In this document: positions 30,124 to 40,292 of the stretch, piece by piece
Layout: each line of letters starts with the position of its first letter
Position numbering within the stretch: the first letter of the stretch is position 1
Source of the DNA: an uncultured Desulfobacter sp.
Lineage (GTDB): Bacteria > Desulfobacterota > Desulfobacteria > Desulfobacterales > Desulfobacteraceae
Direction of reading: 5' to 3'
Assembly (NCBI GenBank): GCA_963665095.1
Contig: OY762069.1
Coordinates: 4,544,001-4,608,000, forward strand
DNA length: 64,000 nucleotides
Notes under the pieces: generated by a model
What the model saw: only the letters and a program-made list of their open reading frames with translations
The model's database searches: none
Told to the model about the DNA's origin: nothing
Translations under genes and position numbers: made by a program

Positions 30124-30933
30124 ATGCGCCAGGGATTGAAAAATATCATGATGCCGTTAATCTGCTACCTGTCCTACGGGAAGTGGCGGTTCCGGACCGC
30201 ATATGACACCATATACCAGGGCCAGAAAAAAAGCAGTGTGCTCCAGAACATTTTCGCTCAGGTTTTTGGGGATGAGTCTCCCCAGGATGCAGCCCCTTTC
30301 AGCTTTGTCACCCTAAGTGACCTGCACCGCATGGCAGGACTTTTACAACTGTCCCCCGGTGACTGGTTTGCTGATATCGCATGCGGCCGCGGCGGACCCG
30401 GTATGTGGATTGCCCGTAAAACCGGGGCTGGCGTTAAAGGGGTGGACATATCTGCTGAGGCTGTGGCAGCTGCAACCGCAAGGATATCTGAATTCGGCCT
30501 GGGGACCGGGGCTGTGTTCAATTTGGGCAGCTTCTACCGGACAGGGCTTGCATCTACAAGCTGCGACGGCGCCGTGTCTGTGGATGCCCTGTGGGTGGCT
30601 CCGGACAGGCGCCGGGCACTTTTGGAAGTGGCCCGGATCCTTAAACCCGGGGCAAGATTCGTTTTCACCACCTGGGACGGAAATATTCCCTTTATGCCGG
30701 CAGATCACAGAAAAAATCTTGAAAAAGCAGGGTTTGGCATTGAGGTGTATGAACAGACCCCGGGCTGGAAAGAGCGGCAACTGGCCGTCTATGCAAAAGT
30801 CCTTGAATCCAGGGAGTTGCTGATCCGGGAAATGGGAAAGGCCTGCGCCATGCCCATCATTAAAGAGGCCCGGTCAACCCCGCCGGTACTGGAAAAAAGC
30901 GCCCGGATACTGGTGTCGGCTAAAAAGCGGTAA
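30124..30933 (+). CDS. Class I SAM-dependent methyltransferase
   Basis: ADIACGRGG motif I, GVDIS, RILKPGARF; start placed after AAGGGG at the ATG at 30124. Confidence 0.88.
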   Translation: MRQGLKNIMMPLICYLSYGKWRFRTAYDTIYQGQKKSSVLQNIFAQVFGDESPQDAAPFSFVTLSDLHRMAGLLQLSPGDWFADIACGRGGPGMWIARKTGAGVKGVDISAEAVAAATARISEFGLGTGAVFNLGSFYRTGLASTSCDGAVSVDALWVAPDRRRALLEVARILKPGARFVFTTWDGNIPFMPADHRKNLEKAGFGIEVYEQTPGWKERQLAVYAKVLESRELLIREMGKACAMPIIKEARSTPPVLEKSARILVSAKKR

Positions 30934-30975
30934 GACTGGGGATCAGATGAGCATGCTGTCTGACGGCGTTCGTTT

Positions 30976-32565
30976 TTAATACCCGGCTTTCCGGCCAAAT
31001 GGAATATCCAGCTTTTTCATGCGCTTGCGTAAAGTGGACGGGTGGATATCCAGCAGGGTTGCCGCCCCTTTTTCTCCTTCGATGCGGCCCTTGCACAGGG
31101 ACAACGCCTTTCGGATATGGCCTGACACCATGGTATCAAGGGGCAGGATTTCCTGTCTCTCTTCATGGGGTCTGGGATCCGGAAACATGGGTCGCATAGT
31201 GATTTCTTTAAAAAGCAGAACCCCGTCCCGGTCCAGGATCATGGATCGCTCCACGGCATTTTCAAGCTCTCTGACATTGCCTGGCCACTGATACCTCATT
31301 AACCGGTCCATAACATGATCGGGCACAGCCGGAATGCCGGGCAGCTTCATCTCCCTTGTCTTTTTTATGATAAAATGGGCCACCAGATCCGGAATATCAC
31401 CGGTTCGCTCCCTTAACGGTGGAATGGGAATGGGAAAGACCCGCAACCGGAAAAAAAGATCCGGCCGGAACCGGTTCTCTTCCATCATTTTTTCAAGGTC
31501 CCGGTGGGTGGCGGCAATGATACGAATGTTCACCTTGATGGTTTCCGTACCCCCCACCCGGTCCACCTCCTTTTCCTGGAGTACCCGTAAAAGCCGGACC
31601 TGGGCTTCCATGCTCAACTCACCGATTTCATCCAGAAACAGGGTGCCCCCCCTGGCCCGTTCAATGCGTCCGCGCTTTCTGGCCACAGCCCCGGTAAATG
31701 CCCCCTTTTCATAACCGAAAAGCTCCGAATCAAGCAAAGACGCCGGAATAGCCCCGCAGTTGACCCGGATAAAAGGCCCCTGATTTCGAAGGGAGAGGTT
31801 GTGAATGGCATTGGCCACCACCTCCTTGCCGGTGCCGGTCTCCCCTAGCAGCAACACCGGGCTTTCCAGAGGCGATACCTGGCGAACCATCTCCATGACC
31901 GGACGCAATCCCTTTTCTGCCCCCACAACGGTTTCACCGGCCATACGGTTGAGTTCCTGCTGGAAATACCGGGAATCATCAGCCAGCATCTCTTTTAAAT
32001 CGTTGAGCTCCCTGAATCGCAGAAAATTGGTCAGGGCAATGGCGCAGGGTTTGTCTAAAAGACCCAGCAGTTCCATATGATCCGGGGTGAATTTCTGCCG
32101 GCTGTCGCTGAATATCGAAAAAATCCCCAGCATGGTGCGTTCCAGCACCAGATCAATAATTACAGCGGAGACATCTATGGCATTCAGCCGTCTGGCCACA
32201 GGGCCTGTTATGGGATCCCGGCCCAGGTGATCTACGAATCTGACCCTTTCAAAGCTCCTGTCCTCAATGCGTTTACGGCCCTCCCTGGAAAGCTGGGTTT
32301 TAATGGAAACGGCCCGACCCTGGTCTGGTTCAGCCAGGGCCACGGTCTCCACAACCCCGGAATCACTGTTGTACACATGGAACCCCATTTCCCGGGCCGG
32401 CATGAACTGCCGGACATATACCAGGCACTGGTGCAGTGCCCTTTCCACATCAAGGGTGGAGCAGAGCGTGAGGGTGGCCTGGGTAAAAAAATCGTATTTA
32501 TCAATGGGTTTGGGAGGGGGGATTGCCTGGGACCTGGTTAGCTGACTGTTAAAAATCATGGTCAT
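30976..32565 (-). CDS. Sigma54-dependent enhancer-binding activator (GAF-AAA-HTH, FhlA-like)
   Basis: GETGTGKE, ELFGYEKGAFTGA, FLDEIGE, WPGNVRELEN, C-terminal HTH. Confidence 0.95.
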   Translation of the reverse strand: MTMIFNSQLTRSQAIPPPKPIDKYDFFTQATLTLCSTLDVERALHQCLVYVRQFMPAREMGFHVYNSDSGVVETVALAEPDQGRAVSIKTQLSREGRKRIEDRSFERVRFVDHLGRDPITGPVARRLNAIDVSAVIIDLVLERTMLGIFSIFSDSRQKFTPDHMELLGLLDKPCAIALTNFLRFRELNDLKEMLADDSRYFQQELNRMAGETVVGAEKGLRPVMEMVRQVSPLESPVLLLGETGTGKEVVANAIHNLSLRNQGPFIRVNCGAIPASLLDSELFGYEKGAFTGAVARKRGRIERARGGTLFLDEIGELSMEAQVRLLRVLQEKEVDRVGGTETIKVNIRIIAATHRDLEKMMEENRFRPDLFFRLRVFPIPIPPLRERTGDIPDLVAHFIIKKTREMKLPGIPAVPDHVMDRLMRYQWPGNVRELENAVERSMILDRDGVLLFKEITMRPMFPDPRPHEERQEILPLDTMVSGHIRKALSLCKGRIEGEKGAATLLDIHPSTLRKRMKKLDIPFGRKAGY

Positions 32566-32602
32566 CTCCGTGCGGTAAACTCAATGACATAAAGCCGATA
32601 GA

Positions 32603-32668
32603 CTGTACTATGAGACAGAATACACCAGATCTGTAATATAGAACAGGAAAAACTGCTCTATGGGACAA
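32603..32668. promoter_or_regulatory. Three putative enhancer (UAS) sites, TG(T/C)-N8-ACA
   Basis: CTGTACTATGAGACAG (32603-18), CTGTAATATAGAACAG (32631-46) and CTGCTCTATGGGACAA (32653-68), upstream of a sigma54 promoter. Confidence 0.6.
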
Positions 32669-32719
32669 TAATCTGATGGTCCTACACATACAATACCGTT
32701 AAACAGCGCTCTCTTTTTC

Positions 32720-32735
32720 TGGCATGACTTTTGCT
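32720..32735 (+). promoter_or_regulatory. Sigma54 -24/-12 promoter
   Basis: TGGCATGACTTTTGCT, GG-N10-GC, divergent from a sigma54 activator. Confidence 0.85.
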
Positions 32736-32798
32736 CATAATTCCCTGGTTGCGATCGTATTTAAAATTCATTTACTCACCATTAAAGGAGACAGCCCA

Positions 32799-33656
32799 AT
32801 GGAAATTAAACAGATCTGCGTTTTAGGAGCCGGGATCATGGGTGCGGGTATTGCCCAGTGTGCGGCCCAGGCCGGTTTTGACGTCAGTTTAAGGGATATG
32901 GAGGACCGGTTTGTGGAAAACGGCCTGACCACCATTAAATCCAACCTTGCAAAAGCCGTGTCCAAGGGAAAAATGACGGCAGATGATGCCGATGCCATCA
33001 TGGACAGAGTGACCGGCACCACCGACCTGACCATGGCGGCCCGGGATGCTGACCTGGTCATTGAAGCTATCATTGAGGTGATGGATGTAAAAAAACAGGT
33101 GTTCCGGGAACTGGATGCCATTTGCAAAAAAGAGGCGGTGTTTGCGTCCAATACATCCGGACTCTCCATCACAGAAATGGCGGCAGCCACAAGCCGGCCG
33201 GACAAATTCATCGGCATGCATTATTTCAATCCCGTCCCGGTGATGCGCCTTGTGGAGCTGATCAAGGGATTTGGCACATCCGATGAAACCCTGGCCATGT
33301 GTACTGAGTATGTGGATAAAATCAACAAGACCGCCATTGAAGTCAAGGAGGCCCCGGGCTTTGCCGTCAACCGGATTCTGTGCCCCATGATCAACGAAGC
33401 CATCTTTGTCCTGGCCGAAGACATTGCCAGCGCCAAGGACATTGACAATGCCATGACCTTAGGGGCCAACATGCCCATCGGCCCTCTGGCCCTGGCAGAC
33501 ATGGTGGGTCTGGACACCCTGCTCCTGGTGCTGCAGGGCTTTCATGACGAGCTTGGCGAAGACAAATACCGGCCCGCCCCCCTGCTTAAAAAGATGGTGC
33601 GCGCCGGGTACCTGGGCCGCAAATCGGGAAAAGGATTTTACGATTACACAAGATAA
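32799..33656 (+). CDS. hbd: 3-hydroxybutyryl-CoA / 3-hydroxyacyl-CoA dehydrogenase
   Basis: [49 protein letters not shown] before the ATG at 32799. Confidence 0.92.
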   Translation: MEIKQICVLGAGIMGAGIAQCAAQAGFDVSLRDMEDRFVENGLTTIKSNLAKAVSKGKMTADDADAIMDRVTGTTDLTMAARDADLVIEAIIEVMDVKKQVFRELDAICKKEAVFASNTSGLSITEMAAATSRPDKFIGMHYFNPVPVMRLVELIKGFGTSDETLAMCTEYVDKINKTAIEVKEAPGFAVNRILCPMINEAIFVLAEDIASAKDIDNAMTLGANMPIGPLALADMVGLDTLLLVLQGFHDELGEDKYRPAPLLKKMVRAGYLGRKSGKGFYDYTR

Positions 33657-33738
33657 GGCGCTTGAAGCGTTACGCCCGACAGGAAAGCATAGCGCTTGAA
33701 GATCAAGGGAATAGTATATTTTTTAAGGAGGAGAACCC

Positions 33739-35550
33739 ATGGCACAACAGGTTGCAGACCGCAGGGATGTGGATTTTGTTCTGCATGAGCAGTTCAATGT
33801 GGAGGCGTTGAGCGAGCATGAACTTTTCGCGGATTTTAACAAAAAAACTGTGGATATGGTGGTGTCCGAAGCCAGAAACCTGGCAATCAAAGAGCTGTTG
33901 CCCCACCTGAAGGAAGCTGACGAGCAGGGCTGTATTTTTGACAACGGAAAAGTCACGGTGCCTGAGGTGTTCCACCGGGCCTATGAACTGTTCTCCGAGG
34001 GCGAATGGATCGCCATGTGTGATGATCCGGAGTGGGGTGGCCAGGGAATGCCCGCCACCGTGGCCCTGGCAGCCAACAATTATTTTAACGGGGCCAACTA
34101 CCCGTTCATGCTTCACAACATCCTGGCCCATGGTGCGGGCAAGCTGGTGGAAAAGTTCGGCACGGACGAACAGAAGAACCTGTTTCTGAAAAAGATGTAC
34201 ACCGGCGTCTGGGGCGGCTCCATGCTGCTCACCGAGCCTGAAGCAGGTTCTGATGTCGGTGCCTTGACCACCAAAGCCGTTCCCAACGGTGACGGCACCT
34301 ACAGCATCACCGGCAACAAGATTTTTATCTCTTCAGGTGAAAACGACCTGGTGGAAAACATCATCCATCCGGTGCTGGCCCGTATTGAAGGTGCCCCTGC
34401 AGGGACCGCCGGTATCTCGCTCTTCCTGGTGCCCAAGATCTGGGTGAACGAAGACGGATCCCTGGGTGAACCCAATGATATTGTCTGCACCGGCATTGAA
34501 GAAAAAATGGGCATTCACGGCAGCCCCACCTGTTCCATGGCGTTGGGCTCCAAAGGCAAATGTATCGGCACCCTGCTGGGTCAGGCCAACAAGGGCATGA
34601 GCGCAATGTTTGTCATGATGAATGAGGCACGGCTCCACGTGGGCATGCAGGGCTTTGCCTGTGCATCCGCCTCCTATCTCAACGCTCTGAACTATGCCAA
34701 AGAGCGGATCCAGAGCCCGGCCCTCACCGCACCCAAGGGTTCCCCCGGGGTTGCCATTATCCAGCACCCTGATGTCCGGCGGATGCTTCTGAACATGAAA
34801 GCCTACACCGAAGGCATGCGCTCCACCCTCTTTTATGTGGGGTATCTGGAAGACCAGATCCGGATCGCCAAAACCGACGAAGACAAAGCCACTTACCAGG
34901 GCCTTATTGACGTACTCATCCCCGTGGCCAAGGGTTATATTACGGACCGGGCCTTTGAGCTGTGCTCCGACGGGGTTCAGATCTTTGGCGGATACGGATT
35001 CACCAAGGAATATCCCCAGGAGCAGCTGCTGCGCGACTGCAAAATTACCCAGATCTACGAAGGCACCAACGGCATCCAGGCCATGGACCTTCTGGGCAGG
35101 AAGCTGGGGCTGAACAAGGGTAAGGCCTTTACCGATCTTCTGGCCCTTGTCACCAAAGCCATCAATCAGGCCAGAGAGATGGAGGCAATCGCCCCCCAGG
35201 CCCAGGCCCTTGAAGCGGCGTTGAACAAACTGATGGAAACCGCCAAAGCCCTGGGCGGCATCATGGGTAAGGGAGGCGTGGAGCAGGCGTTTGCCCAGGC
35301 CCATCCCTTCCTGACAGTTACAGGAGACGTGCTTATGGCCTGGATGCTCTTATGGCGGGCCGCCATTGCCGTTGAAAAACTGGCTGACAAACCTAAGAAA
35401 AAAGATGTGGCCTTTTATAACGGTGTTCTGGCCTCTGCCCGATTTTTCTGCGCAAGCGTTCTGCCGGCCACCATGGGCAAAATGGATGCCATCGCCGAGG
35501 CCGACACCAGCGCTCTGGATATTGAAGAAGATGCTTTTGCCTCAAAATAA
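33739..35550 (+). CDS. Long-form acyl-CoA dehydrogenase
   Basis: MLLTEPEAGSDVG, GNKIFIS, EEKMGIHGSPTC, QIFGGYG, IYEGTNGIQ. Confidence 0.95.
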   Translation: MAQQVADRRDVDFVLHEQFNVEALSEHELFADFNKKTVDMVVSEARNLAIKELLPHLKEADEQGCIFDNGKVTVPEVFHRAYELFSEGEWIAMCDDPEWGGQGMPATVALAANNYFNGANYPFMLHNILAHGAGKLVEKFGTDEQKNLFLKKMYTGVWGGSMLLTEPEAGSDVGALTTKAVPNGDGTYSITGNKIFISSGENDLVENIIHPVLARIEGAPAGTAGISLFLVPKIWVNEDGSLGEPNDIVCTGIEEKMGIHGSPTCSMALGSKGKCIGTLLGQANKGMSAMFVMMNEARLHVGMQGFACASASYLNALNYAKERIQSPALTAPKGSPGVAIIQHPDVRRMLLNMKAYTEGMRSTLFYVGYLEDQIRIAKTDEDKATYQGLIDVLIPVAKGYITDRAFELCSDGVQIFGGYGFTKEYPQEQLLRDCKITQIYEGTNGIQAMDLLGRKLGLNKGKAFTDLLALVTKAINQAREMEAIAPQAQALEAALNKLMETAKALGGIMGKGGVEQAFAQAHPFLTVTGDVLMAWMLLWRAAIAVEKLADKPKKKDVAFYNGVLASARFFCASVLPATMGKMDAIAEADTSALDIEEDAFASK

Positions 35551-35570
35551 ATTAATTAAAGGATATTCTT

Positions 35571-36821
35571 ATGAAAGATGTTGTTATTGTTTCAGCCTGC
35601 CGCACAGCCATAGGGGCTTTTGGCGGCACGTTAAAAGACTTGAATGGCGCCTATCTTGCCAGCATCACCATGAAAGAGGCCATTAAACGGGCCGGTATTG
35701 ATCCTGCTATTATTGATGATGTGCGCTACGGCACTTGTGTAGAACACCACGACACCCTGAACACTACCCGTGTAGGGGCGCTGATGGCCGGTATTCCGGA
35801 TACGGTTCCCGCGGTCACCATCAACCGGGTATGCATCTCCGGCATGGAGGCGGTACTGTCCGGCATGGCCATGATCCAGGCCGGTATGGCTGATGTGGTC
35901 CTGGCGGGCGGCACCGAGCACATGTCCGGCGTTCCCTATGCCGTACCCAAAGCCCGCTGGGGATGCCGCCTCCAGGATGCCACTTTTGTGGACGCCCTGA
36001 TCCACGCTTTGCACTGCGGTTCTTATGTCATGCCCTTTGATGAAACCTCACCTGTGGACACCACCCAGGCACCGGCATGCCATTTCCTGGGCAAACCATA
36101 CATCATGGGCCATACTGCGGAGTTCATTGCCCAGCTACTGGATATCAGCAGGGAGGAGATGGATGAAGTGGCACTGCGTTCCCATAACAACGCGGAACGG
36201 GCCACCAACGATGGCAGTTTCGCCGAAGAGATTGTGCCCGTTGAAGTTCCCCAGCGCAAAAAAGATCCCCTCATCTTTGACAAGGACGAACATTTCCGGC
36301 CCGGCATGACCCTGGAAAAACTGGCAGCATTACCGCCTGCTTTTATTCCCAAAACCGGCAAGGTCACTGCCGGCAACGCCTCAGGCATCAACGACGGATC
36401 CACCGGCATGGTGATCATGTCCGCAGACAAGGCAAAAGAGCTGGGGCTGACCCCCATCGCAAAAATTAAAGCCACGGGCATGGGCGCATGTCATCCTTCG
36501 GTCATGGGGCTCTCTCCGGTTCCGGCTGTCAAGGACCTGGTGGCAAAATCCGGTATTGCCATCAGTGATTTTGACCTCATTGAAGTGAACGAAGCCTTTG
36601 CCGCCCAGTACCTGGGATGCGAAAAGGAACTGAACCTGAACCGGGAGATCACCAATGTGAACGGGTCAGGCATCGGACTGGGCCATCCGGTTGGCTCCAC
36701 CGGCGCCCGGGTCATGACCACGTTGATGTATGCCATGAAAAACAAAGGCAAAAATTTAGGTCTTGCCACCCTTTGCGGCGGCGGCGGGGTTTCCATGGCC
36801 TGCGCCATTGAAATGCTTTAA
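35571..36821 (+). CDS. Acetyl-CoA C-acetyltransferase (thiolase)
   Basis: INRVCISG, NASGINDG, NEAFA, GHPVGSTG, LCGGGG. Confidence 0.95.
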   Translation: MKDVVIVSACRTAIGAFGGTLKDLNGAYLASITMKEAIKRAGIDPAIIDDVRYGTCVEHHDTLNTTRVGALMAGIPDTVPAVTINRVCISGMEAVLSGMAMIQAGMADVVLAGGTEHMSGVPYAVPKARWGCRLQDATFVDALIHALHCGSYVMPFDETSPVDTTQAPACHFLGKPYIMGHTAEFIAQLLDISREEMDEVALRSHNNAERATNDGSFAEEIVPVEVPQRKKDPLIFDKDEHFRPGMTLEKLAALPPAFIPKTGKVTAGNASGINDGSTGMVIMSADKAKELGLTPIAKIKATGMGACHPSVMGLSPVPAVKDLVAKSGIAISDFDLIEVNEAFAAQYLGCEKELNLNREITNVNGSGIGLGHPVGSTGARVMTTLMYAMKNKGKNLGLATLCGGGGVSMACAIEML

Positions 36822-36854
36822 TACAGCCTTTGATTGATAATCATATTTAATGCG

Positions 36855-36888
36855 AAAGTCACCAGGCTCAAAACCCCTGGTGACTTTT
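36855..36888. terminator. Hairpin downstream of thiolase, probable terminator
   Basis: AAAGTCACCAGG-9 nt-CCTGGTGACTTT 12-bp inverted repeat between convergent genes. Confidence 0.65.
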
Positions 36889-36985
36889 GATTTTCATGAA
36901 TAATAACCCAAAAATAAACAGGCTTAGGTGCAGATTTGCTGCAACCACCGGTAAGGATATTTGCGCAAAAATGGCTTTTCATATT

Positions 36986-37066
36986 AAAAGCCCGGGCGAT
37001 TTGTGCCACAGCCCTGTCAATATCCGGCTTTGTAATAATGACCAGGGGCGGGGCAAACCGGAGGGT
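36986..37066 (-). pseudogene. C-terminal remnant of a class-III aminotransferase (ornithine/acetylornithine type)
   Basis: TLRFAPPLVIITKPDIDRAVAQIARAF matches the family's C-terminal motif; the rest of the gene is absent. Confidence 0.6.
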
Positions 37067-37089
37067 AACTGAAAAACGCCTGAAGCGGA

Positions 37090-39186
37090 TCACCTCTCCT
37101 CTTTCAGCCGTTCCTTCCGGTCAGGGGAGGCTATCTCCCCTGTATTGAAATAGGATATGGTCTTCTGGAGCTTCTCTGCCTGGGCAGACAGCTCTTCTGC
37201 TGTTGATGATATCTCCTGTGAAGACCCTGCGTTCTGCTGAATGATCTTGTCAAGCTTGTTCAACGCGGTGTTGATCTGGTCCGCCCCAGTACTCTGTTCA
37301 GCAGATGCCGCATTAATTTCCTGCACCAGTTCGGCAGTTTTGCGGATATCAGGTACAATTTTATTCAGCATAATCCCTGCAGCTTCGGCAATTTCAACAC
37401 TGGAGGTAGACAGGTTGCTGATTTCACTTGCAGCAGCCTGACTTCTTTCAGCAAGCTTTCTTACGGCGTCTGCAACCACGGCAAAGCCCTTGCCGTGTTC
37501 CCCTGCCCGGGCCGCTTCTATGGCTGCATTCAACGCCAGCATATTGGTCTGCCTTGCAATCTCTTCTATAATGAGAATTTTTTCGGCAATTTTTTTCATT
37601 GCATCCACTGTTTTTGCCACAGCATCGCCACCTTGTTCTGCCTCCTGGGCCACATGGACAGCAAGCTGTTCTGTCTGCCGGGCATTATCCGCATTTTGCT
37701 TGATATTGCCTGACATCTCACCCATGGATGACGATGCCTGCCCCGCGGAAGCGGACTGCTCAATAGCACCATGGGACAACTGTTCTGATGTGGAACTGAG
37801 CTCCTGACTGCCTGACGCCACACTGCCGACAGCTGCCTGGACCTCTCTTACAATGGATGTCAGTGATGCGACCATCTTTTTCATTGCTGCCTGCAGCCTG
37901 CCGATTTCATCATTTGAATTAACATCAATGTTTATGTTCAGGTTTCCATGGGCCAGTGTGCCGGCCATGGAAACAACTTCTGAAAGGGGGCTTTCAATGT
38001 ACTTTCTGGACATAAAGGCCACCCAGAGAAACGCAGCAATAACCAGCACACTGATGGTGACGACCATAAAGATAATATGGTTTCTGATTTTCCTTTTTAT
38101 CTGTTCCTCTTTTTGTGCAATTTTATCATACAGCTCTCCCATATAAACACCAGTTGCCAATATCCAGTCCCATTGTTTAACATACTTAAAATAGACGATT
38201 TTAAGTTCAGGCTGATCAGATCCGAGTTTCGGCCACAAATATTCTAAATCCCCCTGGCCATTGGATTTTGCCTTGGAAACCAGCTCCCTGATAAAATATT
38301 TGCCGGTGACATCTTTCTGGTCTGTGAGTATCCGCCCTCTCATTTCCGGGTCAAGATGCGCCATCACTTCACCGTTTCCGTCCAGAATATAAAAATAATC
38401 ATCATCTCCATACCGGGTGTTGTTAATAAGGGCAATGGCTTCTTTCCGGGCCCTTTCTTTTGCTTCTTCCACACTGATGCCGGTTCCTATAACCCAGTCC
38501 CAGGGTTCAAAATGACGGACATAAGAAACTTTTTTCATCAGCTTTGAATTATCCTCAGCCGAAGGCCATAAATATTGGATAAAACCACCACCCGACTTAT
38601 TACTCACGTTTGCGGCTTCAACAAATAAGGGGGTATTGGTCCCTTCAGCCATAATTATATTGCCGTTTTTAGTGAACTTTGAAATATCCTTGCCATTCAA
38701 TTGCGGAACTGTGGGATGATTGATCATCTTAGGCTCCATATTCTGAATCCAGAAATAATTCTGATTGGCATAGCGAATTTCGCCGATGGATTCCGCCGCA
38801 TGAGTCTTGGCTACAGACATCAGATCGTCGGCCGATTCCGGGGCAAATAGTGTCGACTGTTTGGCATCACGGTAGTTTTTATTAATTATGGAATAGGGGA
38901 TATCCACAAGGTTTTTTAATCCCTCTCCATACTGTTTTTCAAGCCCTTCTGTGGTCACGGCCTGGTTGTAAATATGCATTAGCATGGTATAGGCGACTTC
39001 CATCAGACTTTTCGCCTGTTGCCTGGAGCCCGCCATTATTTGCGATTTATAAAGTACAATGTCCTCATTGCCTGATCTAATGGTGCTGTACAGAGAATAA
39101 CCGCCAATAACGGATACGGAAACAATGATTGTCAAAATGACGATAATAATAATTTTGGTTTTAATTTGAAAATCTTTGAAACGCAT
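37090..39186 (-). CDS. Methyl-accepting chemotaxis protein with two Cache-type sensor segments and HAMP
   Basis: TM, two YFW/YFYI...YLWP...[16 protein letters not shown] units, TM-HAMP (NDEIGRL), [30 protein letters not shown]. Confidence 0.95.
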   Translation of the reverse strand: MRFKDFQIKTKIIIIVILTIIVSVSVIGGYSLYSTIRSGNEDIVLYKSQIMAGSRQQAKSLMEVAYTMLMHIYNQAVTTEGLEKQYGEGLKNLVDIPYSIINKNYRDAKQSTLFAPESADDLMSVAKTHAAESIGEIRYANQNYFWIQNMEPKMINHPTVPQLNGKDISKFTKNGNIIMAEGTNTPLFVEAANVSNKSGGGFIQYLWPSAEDNSKLMKKVSYVRHFEPWDWVIGTGISVEEAKERARKEAIALINNTRYGDDDYFYILDGNGEVMAHLDPEMRGRILTDQKDVTGKYFIRELVSKAKSNGQGDLEYLWPKLGSDQPELKIVYFKYVKQWDWILATGVYMGELYDKIAQKEEQIKRKIRNHIIFMVVTISVLVIAAFLWVAFMSRKYIESPLSEVVSMAGTLAHGNLNINIDVNSNDEIGRLQAAMKKMVASLTSIVREVQAAVGSVASGSQELSSTSEQLSHGAIEQSASAGQASSSMGEMSGNIKQNADNARQTEQLAVHVAQEAEQGGDAVAKTVDAMKKIAEKILIIEEIARQTNMLALNAAIEAARAGEHGKGFAVVADAVRKLAERSQAAASEISNLSTSSVEIAEAAGIMLNKIVPDIRKTAELVQEINAASAEQSTGADQINTALNKLDKIIQQNAGSSQEISSTAEELSAQAEKLQKTISYFNTGEIASPDRKERLKEER

Positions 39187-39822
39187 TCTGCACCCCTTTA
39201 AAGATATTTTTGATTGGACACTGCCTCAAAACACTTTCTGGCCATAATTTTAGAGCGTTAATACCAAGAGTTCAAAAGAGGCCTGTGCTTGCGATATCGT
39301 CTAATATACCGGCAAAACTCTTTTTGTCATGTCTACGACGGTATGAACTGGTTATGGTAGATCAGCTGCAGCTTTTCGCCTGTGCATATGGGCAGCCTTG
39401 TAGACATGCGCCCCTTTTGAAAGCTGTCCAAACACGGATTTTCGCTCAGGCATCATATAAGATCCCAGCGACATCTCCGGACTGAATCAGAATTTTTTAA
39501 TGTATTATTTATATATCAGGTATATACGCATACAAGCGGGTTTGTCAATCCCGTTCCGCCATCAAGGCCTTATAAGCCGGCTGATTTAGCAGCCCCCCAT
39601 ACGCTGTGTCAGGCGATGCAGCGTATATCGTCAAATTAAAAATACCGAACGATTTATCTGCCATATCCGGCTCAAATATATGCTTGAGCCGGAGGCATGG
39701 TCACCCTTGCCATTGCAGTGCCCCTTATCTGATCGTCTGTGATTGCATTAGTACCATGGCAACCCGGCAGCCGCAAGATGATATCTGCCCGCCCTGTTGG
39801 AGAAGGCCGGCCGTTATAAATA

Positions 39823-39841
39823 GGTGACCCCATGACCATGA
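39823..39841 (+). repeat. Left copy of direct repeat GGTGACCCCATGA-CCATGA
   Basis: Matches 43768-43787 (GGTGACCCCATGAACCATGA) with one indel. Confidence 0.6.
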
Positions 39842-39965
39842 CCCTGATGCTGGCAAGCTTTAATAATTAATTATGTATCGTGTCCCCAGAATTAATATTA
39901 TATTGTCAATTATTCGTATTTTTTTATATTTACTGATATGATATTATCATTAATAACAATAATGA

Positions 39966-40292
39966 TTGCCTGGGAACACATTGAAAACATCCTTCAATAT
40001 AAAAATGCCTGTTGAAACCAGCCGGGAACTGGCCTTAAAAACCAGGCGCCTCCGGCTTGAAAAGAGATGGACCCGGCGCACTCTGTCTAAAAGATCCGGG
40101 GTACCGGAATCAACCTTACGGCGCTTTGAGGACACAGGTAAAATTTCCCTGGAAAGCTTTTTAAAATTGATGAACGCACTGGGCCGACTCCACGAAACAA
40201 ATGATTTATTAACACCGGAACCGGCTGTCTCAATGGAGGATTTAAAAAGACAGGCCCAAAAGAATCATCTGCCCCAAAGGGGATCTGTATGA
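39966..40292 (+). CDS. XRE-type HTH antitoxin (HipB-like)
   Basis: RRLRLEKRWTRRTLSKRSGV..TLRRFEDTGKISL; overlaps the hipA start (ATGA). Start uncertain. Confidence 0.85.
   Translation: MPGNTLKTSFNIKMPVETSRELALKTRRLRLEKRWTRRTLSKRSGVPESTLRRFEDTGKISLESFLKLMNALGRLHETNDLLTPEPAVSMEDLKRQAQKNHLPQRGSV

Noticed and set aside
33657..33701. 10-bp direct repeat GCGCTTGAAG between hbd and the acyl-CoA dehydrogenase
   Set aside because: Too short and only two copies; no supporting context.
34333..35304. 323-aa minus-strand ORF, and similar long antisense ORFs over lon, recD2, the kinase, gyrB and the AAA-protease
   Set aside because: Shadow frames of well-supported genes in GC-rich coding DNA.
39186..39960. 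c-di-GMP riboswitch or small CDSs upstream of the MCP
   Set aside because: I could not find the GGCAAA..GAAA..GCAAAG core in proper order; the short ORFs lack RBS and motifs.
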